64,000 bases of DNA from Trypanosoma brucei. Taxonomy: Eukaryota. Below, piece by piece: positions 51,689 through 60,713 of this stretch (position 1 is its first letter; every line of letters starts with the position of its first letter). A program made the translations under genes and the position numbers. The notes under the pieces are model-generated. The model was given only the letters and a program-made list of their open reading frames with translations. It searched no databases and was not told where the DNA came from. Location of the stretch: contig CP000071.1 of the NCBI GenBank assembly GCA_000002445.1, positions 1,504,001 through 1,568,000 of the forward strand, read 5' to 3'.

Positions 51689-54600
51689 ATGCCCTTGTCT
51701 GGGGGCTCCAACCAATGCAGCAACTACACTGACAGAAATAATGGTAGTGATGGTGTTAGTGGTGAGGGTGTTGGTATTGACGGAGGATCAGATGTGGGAA
51801 TAGAAGTGGACGTTTCCGCGTGGCTGGTGAACATGCCGCAGTTGGGTGATTTGTGGCCTCGGGTCGAAGAATATCTCACTCAGTCGGCAGCGAAAATTCG
51901 GAATAGTGGTGCTTACACGAAGGACCCACTAAAAGGTATCAGACATCGTATGAGCTGGTATGCTGTCATATACTACGCTTGTGCTGGTCATCCGCAGAGG
52001 TTCTGTGAAATCTATCAGTACTTGGCTTTGTTTCTACTCAACGATTTGGAGACGAATGCCCTCCCACCCGTTTTATCAGCGGTTGCCACATATGCGGACA
52101 CTAATCCTGAATTTGACGTGGTCGCGAGAAGGGAAGGTTTTGAACCCCCATTGCGTCCGAATAGGAGTTTGTTGCAGGAGTTTGTTCATCAGTTTAGGTT
52201 GTTTATGTTATTCCGTCGTGTCGTCCTGTCATGCTTCGGATACCTTGACCAGTGGTACACGGAGAAGTTCCATCTCGATCCTGTTTCTGATCTCTGCGTG
52301 AAAATGTTTTATGTTGTTGTTTATGAAAGGGTCAGAGACGAGCTGGCGAGTGAGATTGTACATTCAGCCAATCAAGCAAGGGGATTAAGCGACGGGCCAA
52401 GCGATGACGACCCGTCAAACGCGTGTTTAGATGTTCAAGTAGCTCTTGCAGTTGTGTCCGAGATCGTATCGACTGTGAGGGCGTCTTCTACCAACACCGA
52501 GGCAGGTGTGGTGCACTGCGGACCACTTGGCAAGGAGGGTTCAAACCCCAGTATTGATGGGGGAAGGAGTGATGACGTTGAAGTTGAAGCTGGTACTTCA
52601 GCACCCTGCCAAACGGGAACATCGCCATGGGAACTCGTGCCGGACCGTATCCCGTTGCTGCGTGAGAAACTTGAAAGTGGTTCCCTTATGGAATTCCTGA
52701 AGAGCTTGTCGTCGTCAACAGGGGGTAACCAGTGTGGCGGCGCGAAGGTTGATGGTCCGTCTGCAGCGAGGCCATCAGGTGCAGCTTGCGGAGCACTACT
52801 TGGAGGCGCGCATCCGGCACGTTCTTTTATAGTAAGTCTTGTCCAACCACTACATACGCTTCTTCTCGATCAATTCGGCACACGCTATGTGCGTGCTGCC
52901 GAAGCGTACTACCGGAAGGAGCGCAGTGTGCATCTCGCCACCAGGGAGGGCAGAAGTGGTTATGTGACGTGGGTGCGCTCCTGCTACAGATTGGAGCAGT
53001 TATTAGTGAAAGATATGCGTGCACCGTTCTTTCACGACCTGCTACGTGCGCGTCTACACCGTGTATTGTTGCTGGAAGTGCACAGCGAAATTATCCTCGA
53101 CGACGAGTTTGGTTTTCGGGCGCTGTTGGATGCATGGAGCGCACAAACAAGTCCGCATTTCGGTGCTCTACGAAAAGACTTCCTGAAACCGGTGGTAGTA
53201 TCGTCCCCGTCATCGTCACTCGAAGAGACCGTCCACGAAATTATGGATAGGTGTGATTGTGCTTCTTCATTGCAACACATTGGAAAGGCCGCTGGGTCGA
53301 TGCAACCGATGCGTGAAGGGCTTGCATCCGCTTTGGGACTGCTTGTCACAACCTTTGCCGACACACAGAGTGAAATATGCATTGCACTGCTGCGCCATGA
53401 ACTCGCCAATAAGGTGGTGATGGATTCTGTGCCCCTTTTGGCCACATACTTTGTGATGGAGGAGAAACACCATTTAGGACACATCCACCCAAAGGGGCGA
53501 CAAACTAATGACGTGGAACCCGCGTTTTTGCGAGATATGGCGAAACTAGTCGTGGGCGGCCTTGTTGACATGGTGGCACAGTACGGTAGCCTTGTACAGG
53601 TGCAGTTCCATTCCCTTTCATCAATGCTCGTCGCTGTGCGTGATGCACTTCGTGAAGTCCTCAATCCACATCGGTGGGAGCGGCATACCGTCGACACACG
53701 GTCGGGGGTAAACGTCAACAGTGGTAAATTTAGTGACATGCTCCTCTTAGACGCGGAGCGACAACAGCCTCCTCAGATCCACGGTTACGAACCCACGAGG
53801 GGTGCACGTGCAGCCCTCCGCAAACTGGCCGCTATGCGGGATGGGCGTTCGATACCGATGTCGCGGCTGGTTGCGGTTTACTGTGACGTTTTGGTTTCAC
53901 AAAGCGGAACCCGCGGTGTTGCTGTTACCGCGGACAAAGAAACTGAAATTGGGGGGAAATGCGTGTCGCTGCCGGAAGGGAGTGATAGTACGAGTGATAT
54001 AGATAGTGTAACAGCCCTTGCCGCACTCCTTGATGACAAAGACGTGTTTCTTGAGGAATACAAACAACTATTAGCGCGCCGTTTGATAATCTTGTCGTCT
54101 TCATTGTCACTTTCTCCCTCAGCACTTCCCACAGAGCTGTGTACGAAACCTAATGCAGAGTACGAACACGCTATGATTCGTGAACTGCGAAGAACCTTTG
54201 GGCGGACTTCAACCCTAACCCTGAAGATGATGTTGCACGACTACACCCTAAGCTGCGCCATGGGGAGTGCATTTCGTCAAACCCCTTCTGCACAGCAACT
54301 GAAATCCGGGATAAATGTTCAAGTGATCACCGGTGCGCGGTGGCCAACATACAGCACCGTGCCTCTCTTACCTTGCACTTCACTCGCAGCAGCCATATCA
54401 ACATTCAGCACATACTACGCTGCGGCACATCCATTACGAACGCTCTCCTGGATACACTCGCAGGGCACCGCTAACCTTGAGGCCTTGTTTCCAAATGGTT
54501 CGAAGGAAATTGTAGCAGATACGATACAGTCGAATATCCTTATTCTGTTGAGTGATGCATACAATACCGTGCGACGCAACCGTGACAGTGAGAGTCGGAG

Positions 54601-55174
54601 AGGAGTGGGTGAAGGTAAGTCGACAAAACGCTATTTAACTGGGCAAGAAATTGCTTCTGCCATGGGGATGAGTTTTGAGAACCTTTACGCCTACCTTAAC
54701 CAGCTTGTACACCATACGAGTTACAAGCTAATTACCCGGGTGCCATCCCCTAACCCTGATCCCGCTGTTGATCCAAATGAGGCATCGGTGCGTCCAGAAT
54801 ATGGCTACACTATTAACGTGGATTTTAAGCACAGTTCAAACAGTTTTAGGCTTCCAGTCCCTCATCCACGCTGGAATCAGAAGGCATCTGGGGGCCATCG
54901 TGTGGTTGGTGCGGATGCCATGGCTGCTTCACAGACATTCGCTCTGGTGACTGAAAGTACGCGACGCCTACAGGTTGACGCTGCTATTGTGCGGACCATG
55001 AAACGGCACCGTTCACTCCCTTATCATGAATTGATGAGCACGACGGTGCAGGAGCTCTCGCGGTTCTTCGTCCCCAGCACCCAATTCGTGAAGGTGCAGG
55101 TAGAAGGTCTCATAGCACGAGAGTTTTTGAAGCGAAACGAAGCAAATTCACAATTACTCGAGTACGTTGTGTGA
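51689..55174 (+). CDS. Cullin family protein (1161 aa from the first ATG) with an N-terminal extension and a conserved C-terminal neddylation segment
   Basis: The C-terminal cullin-homology/neddylation region VDAAIVRTMKRHRSLPYHELMSTTVQELSRFFVPSTQFVKVQVEGLIAREFLKRNEANSQLLEYVV matches the cullin consensus VDAAIVRIMKxRKxLxHxxLxxEVxxQLxxRFxPxxxxIKKxIExLIxREYLER. The N-terminal region LWPRVEEYL...YVRAAEAYYRKERS is also cullin-like. Confidence 0.75.
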   Translation: MPLSGGSNQCSNYTDRNNGSDGVSGEGVGIDGGSDVGIEVDVSAWLVNMPQLGDLWPRVEEYLTQSAAKIRNSGAYTKDPLKGIRHRMSWYAVIYYACAGHPQRFCEIYQYLALFLLNDLETNALPPVLSAVATYADTNPEFDVVARREGFEPPLRPNRSLLQEFVHQFRLFMLFRRVVLSCFGYLDQWYTEKFHLDPVSDLCVKMFYVVVYERVRDELASEIVHSANQARGLSDGPSDDDPSNACLDVQVALAVVSEIVSTVRASSTNTEAGVVHCGPLGKEGSNPSIDGGRSDDVEVEAGTSAPCQTGTSPWELVPDRIPLLREKLESGSLMEFLKSLSSSTGGNQCGGAKVDGPSAARPSGAACGALLGGAHPARSFIVSLVQPLHTLLLDQFGTRYVRAAEAYYRKERSVHLATREGRSGYVTWVRSCYRLEQLLVKDMRAPFFHDLLRARLHRVLLLEVHSEIILDDEFGFRALLDAWSAQTSPHFGALRKDFLKPVVVSSPSSSLEETVHEIMDRCDCASSLQHIGKAAGSMQPMREGLASALGLLVTTFADTQSEICIALLRHELANKVVMDSVPLLATYFVMEEKHHLGHIHPKGRQTNDVEPAFLRDMAKLVVGGLVDMVAQYGSLVQVQFHSLSSMLVAVRDALREVLNPHRWERHTVDTRSGVNVNSGKFSDMLLLDAERQQPPQIHGYEPTRGARAALRKLAAMRDGRSIPMSRLVAVYCDVLVSQSGTRGVAVTADKETEIGGKCVSLPEGSDSTSDIDSVTALAALLDDKDVFLEEYKQLLARRLIILSSSLSLSPSALPTELCTKPNAEYEHAMIRELRRTFGRTSTLTLKMMLHDYTLSCAMGSAFRQTPSAQQLKSGINVQVITGARWPTYSTVPLLPCTSLAAAISTFSTYYAAAHPLRTLSWIHSQGTANLEALFPNGSKEIVADTIQSNILILLSDAYNTVRRNRDSESRRGVGEGKSTKRYLTGQEIASAMGMSFENLYAYLNQLVHHTSYKLITRVPSPNPDPAVDPNEASVRPEYGYTINVDFKHSSNSFRLPVPHPRWNQKASGGHRVVGADAMAASQTFALVTESTRRLQVDAAIVRTMKRHRSLPYHELMSTTVQELSRFFVPSTQFVKVQVEGLIAREFLKRNEANSQLLEYVV

Positions 55175-55610
55175 GGGTCGTAACATCAACATGGTGGTTT
55201 CGGTTGTAGGGCACTGGCTGCGCAGCAAAATTCGTGGTTTGTTGAGGCGGAGTATTTTGTTTCGTTTCGTCTTCCTATGGGCGACTGCTTTGTATGTTAT
55301 GTGTACTGGCACGGCAGTATTATTGTGCACACCTGTATTTTTAATTTTTTACTTCCTGCGGTTGCAGCACTCATGGAGTTTTTGGAAACTACTTTCTTTC
55401 CCATTTGTTTCAATTTACTTTGCACCAAACGATTTTCTCACATTGCAAAAATATCATATTTTTAAAGAAAAAGGTTGCGCCCCACCGACACTATTATTTG
55501 CGTATAGTTGCTCTTGTCGGCGGTGTTTGTGGGGACGACGGCACCTAACCATCGAAAGGTAACGGGCAACGGGAGGTGCGACAGGGTTTAGTTGACACGT
55601 TTAGGGAGCC

Positions 55611-58600
55611 ATGCTCAGAACTCGCTTGTCACTTGTCAGATTCAGTTTCCCACAGAGCACATTACGCCGGTGCTTCACACGGGGAAGCGAGGCGAGGAGG
55701 CCCACTTGCAACGGTGCACTGCCGAATACATGCCACTGGTCATTGTTGCGACACAATAGCAATGGTAGCGATGCAAGTAAAGGTTCGGCGGCGATGGAGG
55801 AGATAGCACCAGAGATGGTGACAATAGAAATTCTACCAGTGGAGGGGGATTATCCCCTCCAAACTGACGGAGACTGTGACCGCAGCGGTGGGAGTTCGCA
55901 CAATAGTCGCGGCAGCGATGGCATGACTGGCGGTGTGGACGTTGCATCCAAACGCATGCAGCAACAGCAATATTGGGATGTAACGAGCATCGATCACTTT
56001 TCTAAGAGCCGGGTGCTAAACTACGTCCGCCGGACCGGTAATCAATCCGCTAATGTTTTTGACATCAGTGAGGAGCAGATGTTTGGGAAAACGGTCTACC
56101 GCGCGCGGTGCAAACTGCCGCTGCCTGCTCCGCATCATTTATACCTAGCTGAAGGCGTAGGTGAGGATGAGCGAGATGCGGTATTACTTGCTGCAATGCA
56201 CGCGGAACGTGTGTGTGATGCGTTGGGTGTTCCGCTTTTCCGTCTACCACTCATGCAGAAAAAGCATGCGGATAATGCACGGCGGCAGGGGCGTTATGCA
56301 CCCATACCTGGGGATCCCATCAAACCGGAGAATACAATTACACCACCACCTCTGCGGATGGTCTCGGTCCCTAACTGTCAGGCGAAGTCAGAAGTAAAAC
56401 AGGTCTTTTCTTCGTCGATTGCCGAAGCGGAAATTATCAGTGATGACGGCCCACCTGGTGTCCGTTCTTCTTATGCAGCTGGAAGGAAACTAGAGTCTGT
56501 AAGAACAGCAGCACCTGCATCTGGCAGTACTCTCCCAACTGCTGTTGCCGATAATAAGAAAAAAGAAGAGGAGATTGAGGAAGATATGGATGGAGGGAGC
56601 AGCGAAACTTTATACCACACGACAGTGCACTACCCATGGCTCACCCCCAGTGGACGAGAGGGTATTGGAGATGGAGTAACGGGGACGGTAGCGGGATCGA
56701 TGAGTATTCCCCCGGCATCTGCCGCCTTTGACCCGACAGAGGGTGGGCTGTGGCAGATGGTTAACACAACTTCTACTCGGTGCTCCCCTTCCCCAGATGC
56801 GCTGTTGTTGCCGTGTGTATACGAGGCGGCAGCACACGGGCGAATGAAGGATCACTTTCTTCAACAAGGAATGTCCCTCAAGGATCGCGTAACTTTCACC
56901 CATGTGGCCGTCGCCAATCACTCGACACGGATGTACGTAGCGGAACTCTTCCTCCATGACACTGTAGTGGCGCGTGGCAAGGCACAGACAAAGGAGTGTG
57001 CGGAGCATCTTGCGGCTATGCATGGGGAATTGCTTCTGGATGCTCTCGCTCGACCTCTTTTCCCTCAGGACCCTGAGCGTCAAGCGCGGCACGCTGAAGC
57101 CGTCGCACGGTTTGGTCGTTGGGCCCCAAACCCCAAGACGGGTGACTTGCAACACCCGCGTCTGCACGACGTATTGCCCTTACCCCTGAAGCAACAAGTG
57201 GGTGGTGATGATGTGTGGATGGACCCAATGGTCTTGCGGCGCTGCGGTTACCAACGCAGCATGAGTGAGCGAATGATATCTTCACACATTGAAATCAATA
57301 ACTACTGTGGGGATTACATTGAGGCAAACCCCGACCCCGCTCTGTTAGAGGAGGCACGGCGGGCGCTGGAAGTGTGGCAACGTGATGTTGCCCGCAATCC
57401 GCATCCCGATTTGTTTGTAATCACCCGTATGGGTGATCAATTCCGTGCGAGTACTCTACTTCCTGTCCCCAAGGAATTTGGCATTCGTGGGGGAAATGGA
57501 GTGGGAAAAACGATGGAGCAAGCGATGGATTTATGCGCCCTACATGCTGTGGATACACTCTGCGCACTTGGTGTTCCCCTCTTTACAAACCGCAAGAAAC
57601 AGGAGGCATTTGTTGAAGCAAGACGGAAAAGGGGGCTCGTAACCGCGGACGTCATGGGAGGTTTGAAGAAAAAAAACGGACTGGTCGCCATTATTGCCCC
57701 GTCACTACGATCAGAGGGTGATACAGCATCAGCGAACGCTTCGGTGGGGTGCGCTGTCGGCGCGGGTGGCAGCGATCGGGTGAAGAAGGAGAGACCCCCT
57801 TATTTGCCTGGTTACATGGTTGAGGGCAACCAGCCACGACCGCTGCCGCACATCTGCGATACGCTTCGTATATTACAGCTGCGCATCCCGGAAGACTTCA
57901 CGGTGTATGGGGAAGGGCTTACCGATGAGTCCATTATAGAGGTAGGCAATGAGGCGAAGGTATGCGTTCAGAATTACCTGAGACAGCATTTACCAAAGAA
58001 TGCCAATGTGAATGCGTCTGTTTACATAACGGGCTATGGCAGGCAGGTTAGCGTTCACAATATTGCCTACCTTCCACTTGTTTTGCCGCGACGGAGAGAA
58101 GGTGCAGTAGGAAGGGGCAAAGTTGTTGGTGAGGACACAAGCACCAAAAATTCCACGCCATCAGTAGCAAAAACAGCGGATGGTGAGTTAAAAGAAAGAA
58201 ATGAATCAAAGGGTGCGGAAGGCGCCGCTACAACGTCGCTTTGTGTGGCAGGCAAGACAGGAAGTGAAGAAGTTGAGTCGTCTCAGGTCCACAGCGGGGG
58301 GACGCAAGATGGGGTGGAGAACCCTAAAGAGCGTGGGGAACCAACAGAGCGTCTTCTGGCGATTGGAATTTCGCTTAAGAAGAAGGACGCGGAGAGAGTG
58401 TGTTATCTTCATGCTGTTGACATTCTCCGAAGGAATGGTGTGGATGTGCTCTCAACCTACCGTGCGGGGCTTCCACGCCGCAAGGGATTGCAATCACCAA
58501 CACAATCTCCCTCAACAGCGGGAGAGGAAACGAGGGGCGGTGGTGGTGGTGCGGTGGCAGACGTAGCGACTTCAACCAAGCCCATGGTGAAGTGCAACGA

Positions 58601-58757
58601 AGAGTGTAAGAAGCCTCAAACTGGCGGAGAGTCGGGGCAGCCACCAGCACTTCCCAAGCCGTACATGCATAAACTCATGAAAAACTTCATGGAAAGCGGA
58701 AAGCATTATACACCACCAAAGCGACGATCATCTCCCAGTCCTCACTCACCCTTTTGA
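55611..58757 (+). CDS. Predicted mitochondrial protein (1048 aa) with four degenerate double-stranded-RNA-binding-domain-like repeats
   Basis: The N-terminus MLRTRLSLVRFSFPQSTLRRCFTRGSEARR is a classic Arg-rich amphipathic presequence. Four repeats end in a dsRBD helix-3-like G-x-G-xxKxxAxxxAAxxALxxLG pattern: AEGVGEDERDAVLLAAMHAERVCDALGVPLF, ARGKAQTKECAEHLAAMHGELLLDALARPLF, GNGVGKTMEQAMDLCALHAVDTLCALGVPLF and SLKKKDAERVCYLHAVDILRRNGVDV. The first repeat also shows dsRBD-like helix 1 and beta strands (SRVLNYVRRTGNQSANVFDISEEQMFGKTVYRARCKL). Confidence 0.6.
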   Translation: MLRTRLSLVRFSFPQSTLRRCFTRGSEARRPTCNGALPNTCHWSLLRHNSNGSDASKGSAAMEEIAPEMVTIEILPVEGDYPLQTDGDCDRSGGSSHNSRGSDGMTGGVDVASKRMQQQQYWDVTSIDHFSKSRVLNYVRRTGNQSANVFDISEEQMFGKTVYRARCKLPLPAPHHLYLAEGVGEDERDAVLLAAMHAERVCDALGVPLFRLPLMQKKHADNARRQGRYAPIPGDPIKPENTITPPPLRMVSVPNCQAKSEVKQVFSSSIAEAEIISDDGPPGVRSSYAAGRKLESVRTAAPASGSTLPTAVADNKKKEEEIEEDMDGGSSETLYHTTVHYPWLTPSGREGIGDGVTGTVAGSMSIPPASAAFDPTEGGLWQMVNTTSTRCSPSPDALLLPCVYEAAAHGRMKDHFLQQGMSLKDRVTFTHVAVANHSTRMYVAELFLHDTVVARGKAQTKECAEHLAAMHGELLLDALARPLFPQDPERQARHAEAVARFGRWAPNPKTGDLQHPRLHDVLPLPLKQQVGGDDVWMDPMVLRRCGYQRSMSERMISSHIEINNYCGDYIEANPDPALLEEARRALEVWQRDVARNPHPDLFVITRMGDQFRASTLLPVPKEFGIRGGNGVGKTMEQAMDLCALHAVDTLCALGVPLFTNRKKQEAFVEARRKRGLVTADVMGGLKKKNGLVAIIAPSLRSEGDTASANASVGCAVGAGGSDRVKKERPPYLPGYMVEGNQPRPLPHICDTLRILQLRIPEDFTVYGEGLTDESIIEVGNEAKVCVQNYLRQHLPKNANVNASVYITGYGRQVSVHNIAYLPLVLPRRREGAVGRGKVVGEDTSTKNSTPSVAKTADGELKERNESKGAEGAATTSLCVAGKTGSEEVESSQVHSGGTQDGVENPKERGEPTERLLAIGISLKKKDAERVCYLHAVDILRRNGVDVLSTYRAGLPRRKGLQSPTQSPSTAGEETRGGGGGAVADVATSTKPMVKCNEECKKPQTGGESGQPPALPKPYMHKLMKNFMESGKHYTPPKRRSSPSPHSPF

Positions 58758-59399
58758 GGGGTGTGTTCACTCAGTGGGAGAGGAGGGTTTTGGTATTTAC
58801 ATGAGTTGTGGCAGGAGGAAGTGGTGAACATTATCGACGCCACAATCCAACGAGTTGTTGTTGACGGTGACGTGCGCATCTTCTCCTCTTTTCAATCACA
58901 TTATGATATATCATGAATGAGGATCAAAGCGACTCACAGACACGCACTTTTTTTTTCACAGAAAATTATGACGTGGGAATAGTGACGGCGAAATGTATGA
59001 AAAGGGACTAATGGTGAAGGAGAGGAGCCATTGGACGCGAGAAGGAATGTCCTCTTTGGTTTCCTCCAAGATACCCGTTACAGAAGTGGTGCAGGAGTTA
59101 AGGTCTGAAAATGCTCTTGCTGTTGGCGCGCATGCCCCAGCCACTTAAATTGGCTACCGTCTATGTGTCCTCATCGTTCCAACTAACGGTGTCTCGCCGC
59201 TGGCTGTTTTTGCTTTCCCGGTTTTTTTGCAATACATGTTTGGGTGTGAGTTCGTGATTGAACATATATATATATATTTATTTATTTATTTATTTTCTGT
59301 GCGTCCTTCTCTTTATTTCCTACGAGGGAAACAAATAGAAAGGTATTGAGTGTTCTCAGCGAGGGGGCCGAGTAGCACCAAAGCGCCCAGTGACCAATA

Positions 59400-60248
59400 A
59401 TGTCCTTGTCATCCACCACAATCAACTGTCTTGGTTGCACAACCACACAAGGTTCAACCGCCTCCGGTACGCAGTATGTTAGCCACAGACACCGACTGCA
59501 GCGGACCTCCTGCTGGATGGAGCTCGCATGTTTTAACGGTTTCCCAGAAACCCCATCCCTCTCCGGGTCTTTAGTTCAGCAACGTCATAATTTGCTGGAC
59601 TCTGTCAAATCCGCGGGGCCTCCGGGGCCTGTCTTTCGCGTGGAATTTGAACTTTTTGATGATGAATCGCCCAAGACTTGTGCGAACTTCAGGAATTTGT
59701 GCGCAGGGCGCACAACCAGCCGGAAGGGTGAGACATACTGGTTCCAGGGTGTCGTGCCTTCCTACCGCGGGACATACTTTCACAAGATTATTCCACAATT
59801 CTGCGCTCAAGGCGGGGACCTCACCATGCGGGTAGACAATGGCGCGAATCATTTGAGTAGCTTCGGTCGCGGTTGGTTCGCGGATGAGTATAAGCGACGG
59901 CGGATGAACGAAGTCGGGCTCTTGGCGATGGCCAACAACGGACCCAACAGCAACGGCTCGCAATTTTTCATAACCACGTCTGACTCAAATGAGAAGGCGC
60001 TCAACGGTCGTCACGTTTGCTTTGGCCGAGTGGTGCAGGGCCTGAAGGAGTTCATGCATGAGGTTGCTCCCTTTGGCGACAGTGCTGGCTATCCATCACG
60101 TTTTATTGTCGTTACGGACTGCGGGGAAGGGCCACTACCAGCTACGCTCGGCTCCACATTGCCGGATAAAACACCTGCAGCTGATATTAGCGAAGAAGGA
60201 GCTCGGGAATGCGGGAGGGTGTCGGTGAAGTCCCCTTCCGGCGGGTAG
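59400..60248 (+). CDS. Cyclophilin-type peptidyl-prolyl cis-trans isomerase, divergent, with a ~85-aa N-terminal extension (282 aa)
   Basis: Cyclophilin core motifs FELFDDESPKTCANFRNLC, FHKIIPQFCAQGGD, LAMANNGPNSNGSQFFITT, LNGRHVCFGRVVQG and VVTDCGE, with insertions relative to canonical CypA. Confidence 0.8.
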   Translation: MSLSSTTINCLGCTTTQGSTASGTQYVSHRHRLQRTSCWMELACFNGFPETPSLSGSLVQQRHNLLDSVKSAGPPGPVFRVEFELFDDESPKTCANFRNLCAGRTTSRKGETYWFQGVVPSYRGTYFHKIIPQFCAQGGDLTMRVDNGANHLSSFGRGWFADEYKRRRMNEVGLLAMANNGPNSNGSQFFITTSDSNEKALNGRHVCFGRVVQGLKEFMHEVAPFGDSAGYPSRFIVVTDCGEGPLPATLGSTLPDKTPAADISEEGARECGRVSVKSPSGG

Positions 60249-60713
60249 TTCGGTTGAAAGGGATGCTCTGATTTTTCCATAATTGCAGGATATCACTTCC
60301 GTGTCTCCCTTCGTCCTGACTGTGACACTGTGGCGCGTTGGCTTCACCGCTCAGGGTGCGGGGAAAATAGAATGTAACAAGCGGAAACATTGTGTATGTA
60401 CTGTCGGTGTTTATCCACCATGGCTTGATTTCTAATGTACAGAGGCCCCTGTGGGTGGGTTGCAAAAGCAATTAACTATAGGCAAAGCTTGAAAAAAAAA
60501 AATAATATTAATCAGGAGTAGCAGCCCGCCTTCGTTCTTACCCCCTTTATTCTCACGACCACGTGCATCTTCCATTCCTCTTTTTCGCTTTTTTTTTTTT
60601 GGTACAGCACAAGTAGGGCCTCGGTAGGAGGACAGATCGTAGCCAGGCGGTGTGCGGTCAAGCGAAACGCAGGCACCTACCAGATTTCAAAATACCCGTG
60701 AGGGTGTCTCGGC

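Noticed and set aside
51483-51689. 68-aa upstream ORF (MRLSTSTHGTHFICSV...) just 5' of the cullin start
   Set aside because: It lies within polypyrimidine/AG splice-signal sequence and would probably be removed from the mature mRNA by trans-splicing at a downstream AG. It has a low-complexity C-terminus.
53032-53739. 235-aa minus-strand ORF inside the cullin gene
   Set aside because: Antisense to a conserved cullin coding region, with no independent signals. Rejected as a chance ORF.
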